Virus record (IMG/VR): IMGVR_UViG_3300020036_001014
Coordinates: 2,266 to 66,265 of that record
Reading direction: 5' to 3' (one strand)
Length of the DNA stretch: 64,000 bases
DNA from: a virus
Below the pieces are notes generated by a model, which was not told where the DNA came from, searched no databases, and saw nothing but the letters and a program-made list of their open reading frames with translations. The translations under genes and the position numbers were made by a program. Below are positions 56,655-63,262 of the stretch, one piece after another (the stretch's first letter is position 1; each line of letters opens with the position of its first letter).

Positions 56655-56910
56655 CGTATTCTGGTTCTTCCACTGGTTCGCTTTCAATGCGCTCCAGTTG
56701 TTGCTCAAGTTCGTCCAGTGGGCGGAAGCGGCCAACGAAAAACCCGTTCGGGTTCCGATGCGGCTCTTCTTTCACATGCAGCCCGGTCATGGATACTACC
56801 CTGCTCACGGTGTATGTGTCACCAGCCACGAGCTTGTGCGGCACGCCACTGGTCAGCCTTCCGTCGGATGCGTCCACACACACCACCTTCTGGCCTACGT
56901 AGAAGCTCAT
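56650..56910 (-). CDS. hypothetical protein (86 aa)
   Basis: ATG ORF; ATGA-coupled to the upstream micro-ORF. Confidence 0.4.
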   Translation of the reverse strand: MSFYVGQKVVCVDASDGRLTSGVPHKLVAGDTYTVSRVVSMTGLHVKEEPHRNPNGFFVGRFRPLDELEQQLERIESEPVEEPEYA

Positions 56911-57056
56911 TTCTCGTCCTTGTTATGCCCCTTCAGATCCCTTTTCAGCCCCTCCCATAGATGGGAAAAGTTGTGGTCTTGATAAGGAGCGGGTGAAACG
57001 TCCGGTTGCTCTTCGGCCAGCTGCCGTTCAACTTGTAGGTGTCCTTTGTTTGCCAT
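56907..57056 (-). CDS. micro-ORF (49 aa), not in track
   Basis: ATG ORF whose TGA overlaps the ATG of 56650..56910. Confidence 0.3.
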   Translation of the reverse strand: MANKGHLQVERQLAEEQPDVSPAPYQDHNFSHLWEGLKRDLKGHNKDEK

Positions 57057-57090
57057 GCTTTCTCGCTTTACGTTGTTACGCTCGTTCGCA

Positions 57091-57128
57091 GCCGCCTTCG
57101 GCTTGCTCGTTAACTACTCGTTAGTTAG
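57091..57128. promoter_or_regulatory. GC element (GCCGCCTTCGGCTT) followed by GTTAAC-type motif (GTTAACTACTCGTTAGTTAG), plus-strand orientation
   Basis: Element order is reversed relative to other sites, so it may serve the opposite strand or form a small hairpin (AGCCG-CCTT-CGGCT). Confidence 0.3.
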
Positions 57129-57293
57129 TGGTCGTTGTTCGTACTTCGCACGTACTACGGGATCTTTCACGGCTAACCTCCGCTCGTTCATGGGCAACGA
57201 AAGCAGGTATTCCCGGAACGCTATCCCGTGGCTATGCTTCGACGTTATTCGCCTGCGGCCAAACAGGCCACGAACCGTTAAGGCTTTCATTTC

Positions 57294-57314
57294 GTTAACT
57301 ACTTTTGGTTAAGG
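57294..57314 (-). promoter_or_regulatory. GTTAAC-type motif (GTTAACTACTTTTGGTTAAGG)
   Basis: 3 nt upstream of the ATG at 57290 of a possible 58-aa micro-ORF (57114..57290). Confidence 0.35.
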
Positions 57315-57394
57315 TGGTGTGCAGCCGGACGTACGAGTAAGGTTGTCGGGTTAGTCCCCGGACCTTCGCAGTATCCTTTCACCGCACACCTTGA

Positions 57395-57447
57395 CATTGC
57401 AGCCGGGATCGAACCGGCAGGGCATAGCCCTTCCATCTTTTGCAATG
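57395..57447 (-). ncRNA. mini tRNA-like element (acceptor stem + T-arm + one hairpin, no D-arm)
   Basis: Minus strand: CATTGCA-AAAGATGGA-AGGGC-TAT-GCCCT-GCCGG-TTCGATC-CCGGC-TGCAATG. Perfect 7-bp acceptor-like stem and canonical T-arm with TTCGATC loop. Directly downstream of motif 57451..57471. Confidence 0.35.
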
Positions 57448-57450
57448 TTC

Positions 57451-57490
57451 GTTAACTGTTCGTTAGTTAACTCTCAGACGCCTGCGGCTT
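57451..57490 (-). promoter_or_regulatory. GTTAAC-type motif (GTTAACTGTTCGTTAGTTAAC) + GC element (AGACGCCTGCGGCTT)
   Basis: Lies between the stop of 57489..57764 and the mini tRNA-like element. Confidence 0.4.
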
Positions 57491-57764
57491 ACTGTTCTTG
57501 GCCAGTGCTCGCGCTTTCGTAGTCACGCAAGAACCTAAGCAGGAACACGTCAATGTCCTGACCCACCACCGACGTTAGTCCTTCACGCAAAAGGATCGCA
57601 TGGGCTAGGTCCAGCACGTACTTTTTCGTCACTACGTTCTTGTGCCCGTGGCCCCAATAGGCCCTTGACACCTTGTCCGCATGGTCGGCCTGTTCCACGG
57701 CCTTCCTTTGGTCGTCCGTAGTGGCGCGATCCATTGCGGCCTTGATCTTTGGGTGCGTTCTCAT
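57489..57764 (-). CDS. hypothetical protein (91 aa)
   Basis: ATG 4 nt after motif CTTAACTATTTGGTAGTTAAC. Confidence 0.4.
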   Translation of the reverse strand: MRTHPKIKAAMDRATTDDQRKAVEQADHADKVSRAYWGHGHKNVVTKKYVLDLAHAILLREGLTSVVGQDIDVFLLRFLRDYESASTGQEQ

Positions 57765-57768
57765 TTGC

Positions 57769-57789
57769 TTAACTATTTGGTAGTTAACG
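57769..57789 (-). promoter_or_regulatory. GTTAAC-type motif (CTTAACTATTTGGTAGTTAAC)
   Basis: 4 nt upstream of the ATG of 57489..57764; identical 21-mer at 58413. Confidence 0.45.
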
Positions 57790-57843
57790 GAACGAAAGAA
57801 AGGGAAGGGGCGTTTCCGCCCCCTCCCGATCTTCCTTTGGCCC

Positions 57844-58407
57844 TTAGGCCGCTTCCTTCGCTTCCAATTCCCTCAGATGCGCCTGCACCGCTTCCAGCAA
57901 CCCTTCACAAGCCTTGCGGTCCATGGATGCCACAAGGGCACCCCAGTTCTTAGCGAACTGCCGGGCGATCACTTCGCCGGTCACGGTCGGACTATCATCC
58001 ACCGTGGAAGCATGTTTATTGCCTTCAACTTTCAGCGCGGCACCCTTGTCGGAACGTTCGGCCCGCATACGGATACCGCAGCGTTCACGCATGACCACGC
58101 TGAAGGTTTGTTGGGCCATGCCGCAGCGCCAATTTCGCACCGTCACCGTCTTGCCCGCTTTTATCTCTTTAGATGCCGGGCAAAGTACCTCTTTCAAGGT
58201 ATTGAATATCGCCCGATCTTCCATGCCGGATGCGCGGAGATCTTCGCAGGCCTTCACCAGCCGATCAGATACCCGACCCACAATAGGGGCCAGACCTTCA
58301 CGGAAGGGTTCCGCGTTCGCATCTTCTTTGCCAACGAAGGCCGTGAAGCGCTCCACGATACCCTTGGCCTGTTCAATGTTCAGGCCGTCGTTCACTTGCT
58401 TTTCCAT
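57844..58407 (-). CDS. hypothetical early protein (187 aa), first gene of minus-strand operon
   Basis: ATG 5 nt after an identical CTTAACTATTTGGTAGTTAAC motif; faces the control region. Confidence 0.45.
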   Translation of the reverse strand: MEKQVNDGLNIEQAKGIVERFTAFVGKEDANAEPFREGLAPIVGRVSDRLVKACEDLRASGMEDRAIFNTLKEVLCPASKEIKAGKTVTVRNWRCGMAQQTFSVVMRERCGIRMRAERSDKGAALKVEGNKHASTVDDSPTVTGEVIARQFAKNWGALVASMDRKACEGLLEAVQAHLRELEAKEAA

Positions 58408-58412
58408 CTTGC

Positions 58413-58433
58413 TTAACTATTTGGTAGTTAACT
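58413..58433 (-). promoter_or_regulatory. GTTAAC-type motif (CTTAACTATTTGGTAGTTAAC)
   Basis: 5 nt upstream of the ATG of 57844..58407; followed by the hairpin TAAGGG...CCCTTA. Confidence 0.45.
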
Positions 58434-58949
58434 ACAGTTAAGGGCGTAGCTATCCCCTTACCTCGGAATTGAGGCTTTTCGTGCCGCCCCTCCGAACGAA
58501 CGGAAGATCCACCCTGGCCCTATGTTCAACGCATCCGGTCAAGGAGCGCAACAGTAGGAGCGGCAGGCAATAGAACGCGGTGGTACTTATATCCTTATTG
58601 CAGGAAGGCCACCCAGTATGTCAAAGAACATAACGGGACAAAGGAAGTAAAAGAAAATGGAACGTCAATAGCTATGTGACGAACCGTTATGCGTTCATCC
58701 GTGGGCTATTGTTCCACCCTGGTCCCGATACTGAAAGAACGTGTGTCCGTGGTGATAGGCTGAACACTGGGACGAAGTAATATCACGGAAATGGAAAAAG
58801 CAAGTGAAAGGGAAAATAAGTTATGAACAGCTATCGGAGCCCTTGCCCATAGGTATGAACGTGCGTATGCGTGCGACGCACGCGATATAGGCGATCCGTT
58901 GGGATATTCCAAGGGGGGTTACTCACCATTCGTCACATTGAAACACACC

Positions 58950-59011
58950 ATGACACAATGACAGCTACTGACACAATGACATGACAGTATGTCCACATGA
59001 CAACATGACAG
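58950..59011. repeat. iteron-like array of 7 (A)TGACA repeats
   Basis: ccATGACAcaATGACAgctacTGACAcaATGACATGACAgtatgtccacATGACAacATGACAgctaacg; longer units CAATGACAGCTACTG / ACATGACAGCTAACG are 13/15 identical; further ATGACAAG / GCTGTCAAG copies near 59190. Confidence 0.6.
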
Positions 59012-59118
59012 CTAACGCTGTTAACAAACTTAACACTGTTAAGTGAATGACCAATGATCAGCCATCCAACAAACGTTTGCTTTACGGATCTTTTGGTCCA
59101 TTGCATCCCAAGGGATCA

Positions 59119-59165
59119 ATTCCCATGTAAAAGGATACGGGTGCAGTAGTTCCCATGGAAAATAA
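59119..59165. repeat. direct repeat TTCCCATG(T/G)AAAA (2 copies)
   Basis: TTCCCATGTAAAAGGA and TTCCCATGGAAAATAA about 31 nt apart. Confidence 0.5.
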
Positions 59166-59260
59166 CTTGACGTGATAGCCGTCAACAACATGACAAGATA
59201 GCTGTCAAGTAGGGTCCCTTTTTGGGTCCGCCGTAGCCGTTTGTTGGACGGTTTCCCTTT

Positions 59261-59291
59261 GGGGGTGGGTGGGGGTGGTTAACAGGGGGGG
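59261..59291 (+). other. G-tract with G-quadruplex potential
   Basis: GGGGGTGGGTGGGGGTGG followed by AACAGGGGGGG. Confidence 0.4.
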
Positions 59292-59797
59292 AGAGTCCCC
59301 CAGATCCAGAATGATACGGGCACCAACAGGACACAAGTACCCCAACAACCAGATTGATCCCAATTCCCTACATTCGCCTCTATGAAGCACTACGTCCACT
59401 CAAAGACCGGAGAACGATACAGCTCCGCTGAGTACGGGAACTACGGTCCTGATCACATCCCTCCGGGACGGAAAGACCTACCAGCTGACGGCTACCCATA
59501 CACGGTCGTTAGTGATCCTCCGGCTAAAGCTGCTTGGGATCGGTGATACATTCGATCTGCTGGCCTATTGGGTAGGTACCCTATTCCTTGGTTCTCTCTC
59601 TGTGAGTTAAGCTATGAGGTGATCTGTAAAGGGGTGGGGGTGTTTTCTTTAAGTACCCGTTCTTCCTCTTGTGATTCTTGGGCCAGCTTGGGTGAATGTA
59701 GCCCGCGAGATCTGGTAACGGTCCGTCACTTTGTTCTTGTTCTTTTCCATTGGTCTGTATATCTTTGTAGCGCAGGTAGGAAGCTGTCCGGATGGTT

Positions 59798-59872
59798 TCT
59801 CATGTAGCTCAAATTGGGAAGAGCGATCCCCGGCGCTGGGGATAGGTGCAGGTTCGATGCCTGTCATGAGAG
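59798..59872 (+). tRNA. tRNA-like element with non-canonical anticodon arm (possible pseudo-tRNA)
   Basis: Perfect 7-bp acceptor stem TCTCATG/CATGAGA, D arm GCTC-AAATTGGGAA-GAGC, T arm GCAGG-TTCGATG-CCTGT. The anticodon arm is ATCCCC-GGCGCT-GGGGAT (6-bp stem with 6-nt loop, or 5-bp with 8-nt loop) and lacks U33. Confidence 0.4.
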
Positions 59873-59960
59873 CAAGTGATCGCAGGACCCAAGGGTCGCT
59901 ACCTTGGATTCAGATTTTTCAATAGCTGGAGTTAATCGCCCAGCCTTGCGGTCACTATAC

Positions 59961-60035
59961 ATGCGGGTAGCTCAGTCTGGTCAGAGCAGCGGTCTCCAAC
60001 ACTGAAGGTCGGTGGTTCGAATCCATCCCCGTGTG
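59961..60035 (+). tRNA. tRNA-Trp(CCA)
   Basis: Acceptor ATGCGGG/CCCGTGT (two G-U pairs), U8-A9, D arm GCTC-AGTCTGGTCA-GAGC, anticodon arm GCGGT-CUCCAAC-ACTGA (anticodon CCA; 27-43 G-A mismatch), variable loop AGGTC, T arm GGTGG-TTCGAAT-CCATC. Confidence 0.6.
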
Positions 60036-60039
60036 CGAG

Positions 60040-60460
60040 TACTCGGAACGACTCCCGAAAGGGATCGCACTAACCGACCTGAATCGACAGGTCCGAACGT
60101 CTGACGAGGCGGGAGCGGGTCATCATACTTTCCTGGGCCGGGGCATAGTGTGCCGCACTTGGACGAGACACCTCGGAGAGATCCGGGGTGTTCTTGTTTC
60201 ATGGTAAAGCAAATGGAAAATGGCGGCGGAACAGACTTCCCGCCTTCGGCTCCCTTCGGTGTCTGGCCGAACGCTCCTTGGTGAGATCAGGCCACCGAGG
60301 TTGGCGAGGTGGACTGGCGAAGGACTACCTCCGAGGTTCTGGCCATCCCATCAGGAAGGCTTGTTTCTTTCGTTCTGGGAGACTTTAGGCTCCTTGGTGG
60401 TATTCCGATAGGCCACGAGGTTAGATCGTGGCTTAGATCGAAGATTTCTCCATGTAGATA
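60040..60460 (+). other. GC-rich, tetraloop-dense non-coding stretch (possible structured RNA or ori secondary structure)
   Basis: No ATG ORF; serial hairpins capped by GAAA/UUCG/GAAG-type loops (CTCCC-GAAA-GGGA, GCC-TTCG-GC, CCACC...GGTGG, CCTCCGAGG); track ORFs here use GTG starts and look spurious. Confidence 0.3.
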
Positions 60461-60467
60461 TCTGCAG

Positions 60468-60567
60468 TAGTTAACACGTAGTTAATAACATACAAAAGAA
60501 AATACATAGTTAATATACTATAGTTAATACTCTATGTTATATTTTCTTTTCTTTCTTTTTTTATCTG
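60468..60567. repeat. AT-rich region with 4 TAGTTAA(C/T)A repeats and a T-tract
   Basis: TAGTTAACACGTAGTTAATAACA...CATAGTTAATATACTATAGTTAATACTC...TTTTCTTTTCTTTCTTTTTTTATC; candidate DNA-unwinding element. Confidence 0.45.
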
Positions 60568-60891
60568 ATGGAGAAGGTAGATACGAAGTAGATACCTGAT
60601 TCAGCAGATCCTACTGCAAGTATTCCAATGGTGTACGTTAGTACACTATTTTCCTTTTTCTTTGGAGTAGACAATACGAGTGCCAGCGAGGATTGGATAC
60701 GGCGTTCAAAGATTCCTTTCCCGCGCACTGCCGCGTGCGCGCACTATGTTACCAATCCGGAGATCACATTGTCAATAGCAGAGTTGTTAAAAGTTGTGAA
60801 TGAAGTGTTAATGGCGTAGCCCAACCATTGGTCCCTTGGACTTGCATCCGTACCAACATTGTTGTACTTTGGCTGGCCAAATTGAGAACAC

Positions 60892-61377
60892 ATGTGGATC
60901 TGGATTGCTTTTGTCTGTTTAGCTGTTGCCGTATGGATGTGCTTCGAGGTAATGGGTCGAAAGATCAAGGACCTTCGCGATTCCAATAAGTTCCGCCTTG
61001 ATGACCTGAACGACACGCAGTACTTCATGCGTGACAATGCACGCAAGCAGGAGATCGTTCTCCACGAGTCCATAGCTTCGCTCAACAAGGCTATCGCAAG
61101 GCGGGACGACAGCTACCATACGAAGCTGTTCAAGGCACTGGGTGGGACGATCATGCGATCAGATCCAGATGCCGAAGGGTTCGGGCATATCGAGTTCCGT
61201 CTGTCCGACAGATCAACCTGCAATATGTACGACAAGGTCGATGATGCAGGGGTTGAGCGTCAGTGCAAGTCCATGCTTGACAACCTACTTCCCGGCGTAG
61301 CTCGTGGCCTTGATCTGATGGATCGTAGACTCAAGCTCATCGAAGAAGGAAAGGAAACCAGAACCAAAAAGAAGTAA
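60892..61377 (+). CDS. hypothetical protein with N-terminal TM helix (161 aa)
   Basis: ATG ORF; MWIWIAFVCLAVAVWMCF hydrophobic start; TAcTTTG-like element ~16 nt upstream. Confidence 0.4.
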   Translation: MWIWIAFVCLAVAVWMCFEVMGRKIKDLRDSNKFRLDDLNDTQYFMRDNARKQEIVLHESIASLNKAIARRDDSYHTKLFKALGGTIMRSDPDAEGFGHIEFRLSDRSTCNMYDKVDDAGVERQCKSMLDNLLPGVARGLDLMDRRLKLIEEGKETRTKKK

Positions 61378-61378
61378 C

Positions 61379-61465
61379 ATGAGCGTGATCCCTGTATTGA
61401 TAGGAGTCGGCCTGCTGGCCATATTCTTTGGCCTGTACGTTATCTGGAGCGATACCGAGGAATGA
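61379..61465 (+). CDS. micro-ORF, 28-aa hydrophobic peptide (not in track)
   Basis: MSVIPVLIGVGLLAIFFGLYVIWSDTEE; its stop overlaps the ATG of 61462..61734. Confidence 0.25.
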   Translation: MSVIPVLIGVGLLAIFFGLYVIWSDTEE

Positions 61466-61734
61466 CATCCTCAATGTACCGCAAGAGGCGCCTGTTGTGG
61501 GCGGATGATGAGTTCTGCCTTGACTCCGGACTAACACCAGAGCAGCTGGCCTCTCTTGAAGAGAACTTCTTCACACCTGAGCAGAAAAAGTATCTTCTGG
61601 CTGTCAGGTACCGAGTGATGGTAATACCGGACAAGCAGCGGAAGATGTCAGAGGACGAGAGAAACAGGAAGCTGGCCAGAGACAAGGATCGGTACTGGGC
61701 TAAACAACGAGAGGAAAATGGCAAGGCTTCTTAA
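61462..61734 (+). CDS. hypothetical protein (90 aa)
   Basis: ATG ORF, charged. Confidence 0.4.
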   Translation: MTSSMYRKRRLLWADDEFCLDSGLTPEQLASLEENFFTPEQKKYLLAVRYRVMVIPDKQRKMSEDERNRKLARDKDRYWAKQREENGKAS

Positions 61735-61960
61735 GGATTGGAAGGACGCAAACTTCTGGCCAACTGACATGCACTCTATTGAGTGCGCAGAGAAGATCGT
61801 TAAGTTCTATGAAGACCTGATCGACAGAGGCACGCTCCGTGTGGTGGAAGAGGTGGAATGGGATGAAGTAGAAGATCGCTGCCTTAACTGTGGGTTCGGC
61901 AACGATGGCAACTACGTCGGGACGAATTACTGCCCCGGATGCGGAGGAAAGCTTAAGTAA
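61718..61960 (+). CDS. zinc-ribbon protein (80 aa)
   Basis: C-terminal CLNCG...CPGCGG. Confidence 0.4.
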   Translation: MARLLKDWKDANFWPTDMHSIECAEKIVKFYEDLIDRGTLRVVEEVEWDEVEDRCLNCGFGNDGNYVGTNYCPGCGGKLK

Positions 61961-62151
61961 GCGTAGTTATCTTCGTGGCCATGAAAGCCTATCAATCAGC
62001 AACACTTCGGCGCCTTGCCAGAACTCCGGGTGGATCGCTCCGGGTACTTGGAGCCATTGCAGAATCGTGGCGCACTGGCAAGAAGGTCCGCATAAAGGTT
62101 GGGTCCAAGGAGACTTACCTGCTCGCCATCCGCCCAACACTGGGATAAGAA

Positions 62152-62319
62152 ATGGCATTCGATAATGAGTATCCGGGACGCAAGGACTGGAGGCGCCAGT
62201 ACCAGAAGCGGGCGCAGAAGGTGGATCGCAGTTGCCGCTGCCACGGAGATTGTCCGCACTGCCAAGGCAACAGAAAGCACAAGAACCGCCGCAGAAACAA
62301 CGAAGAGGATGCCGATTGA
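62152..62319 (+). CDS. small basic Cys-cluster protein (55 aa), not in track
   Basis: MAFDNEYPGRKDWRRQYQKRAQKVDRSCRCHGDCPHCQGNRKHKNRRRN...; overlaps the start of the next gene. Confidence 0.3.
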   Translation: MAFDNEYPGRKDWRRQYQKRAQKVDRSCRCHGDCPHCQGNRKHKNRRRNNEEDAD

Positions 62320-62527
62320 CGACGAGCTTAACTCTCCCTACGTGATCGTAGTGGAGCTGATGTGCGCCCTGTGTCTCGAAAGGGAAATGACCCAGCTGCC
62401 GTACGGGGTCATGCTGAAACACCTCGACTGTTCCGGGTGCGGAGAACGTGGCTACATGCTGACTACGGGACAGCCCATATACGGTGATCAGGAGATCGGA
62501 ACCGAGATCATGCCCGGTGAGGGGTAA
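62309..62527 (+). CDS. hypothetical Cys-containing protein (~72 aa)
   Basis: Internal ATG (MPIDDEL...) of track ORF 62099..62527, whose upstream part overlaps 62152..62319. Confidence 0.35.
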   Translation: MPIDDELNSPYVIVVELMCALCLEREMTQLPYGVMLKHLDCSGCGERGYMLTTGQPIYGDQEIGTEIMPGEG

Positions 62528-63000
62528 GGATAGACCCTGATGTGATCCGGAGTCGGGTATACCTGAGCCAAGATCCTGTCGTTCCTCTTGTCGATGTGAA
62601 GATGGATCGGTGGCCTGTACTCACCAGCATCATCGGTCAGCTTGATCATCATCACCTTCCCCTCAATGGGGAGATCAACGATCAAGGAGGATGGGATACC
62701 AAATTCTTGGGACCGATTACCAAGAGACTCCAGCTTATCCCAGTTCACGACATACCCGCCACGCATGACCATGCGCTCGGTCAGTGGTATATCCCCAGTA
62801 CAGTAGCCACGGGACCTGATCTCGGCCAGCATGACCATCTCTTCTCCACGCGTGAAGATGCAGTCGTATACCCCTTCTTGACTATCAGGAACGGAGGCAG
62901 ACCACGCTGGATGAGCCTTAAGGATCAGGCCAACGACATGATCCCTTGGATACATCCATCGTCTACCGATGGCAGTAAGCGGGTCAATCCTCTTGTGCAT
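62488..63000 (-). CDS. hypothetical protein (170 aa)
   Basis: ATG ORF on the minus strand, convergent with the upstream plus-strand genes. Confidence 0.4.
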   Translation of the reverse strand: MHKRIDPLTAIGRRWMYPRDHVVGLILKAHPAWSASVPDSQEGVYDCIFTRGEEMVMLAEIRSRGYCTGDIPLTERMVMRGGYVVNWDKLESLGNRSQEFGIPSSLIVDLPIEGKVMMIKLTDDAGEYRPPIHLHIDKRNDRILAQVYPTPDHIRVYPYPSPGMISVPIS

Positions 63001-63157
63001 ACTTCCCCTCTGTCAACCACCACCTCGCAGCAGTATTCACTGCGTCATTGTACAACAGCCATTGATCCGGGGTCGTTGGTTCAGCGATACCCGGTATCTC
63101 AATACCCTTCTTTGCCTTGATGTAGGCGATGATCAGATCAGCTCCATCCATTCCCAT
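62999..63157 (-). CDS. micro-ORF (52 aa), not in track
   Basis: MGMDGADLIIAYIKAKKG...; its end overlaps the ATG of 62488..63000. Confidence 0.25.
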
Positions 63158-63164
63158 CTTAACC

Positions 63165-63172
63165 TATCTTTG
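63165..63172 (+). promoter_or_regulatory. TATCTTTG promoter element
   Basis: Exact octamer ending 4 nt before the ATG at 63177. Confidence 0.4.
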
Positions 63173-63262
63173 CACTATGGAACCCCTTGATTGTCAGGAG
63201 TTTATCGTTGTTGACGCTGACGATCACGTTTGGGTGATCTGCCAAAACTAAGGTACGAGTGG

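Noticed and set aside
57395-57447. attP core or tRNA 3' fragment marking an integrative element
   Set aside because: Both strands of the acceptor stem are present, so it is self-contained rather than a 3' fragment. No integrase or excisionase–integrase pair was recognised.
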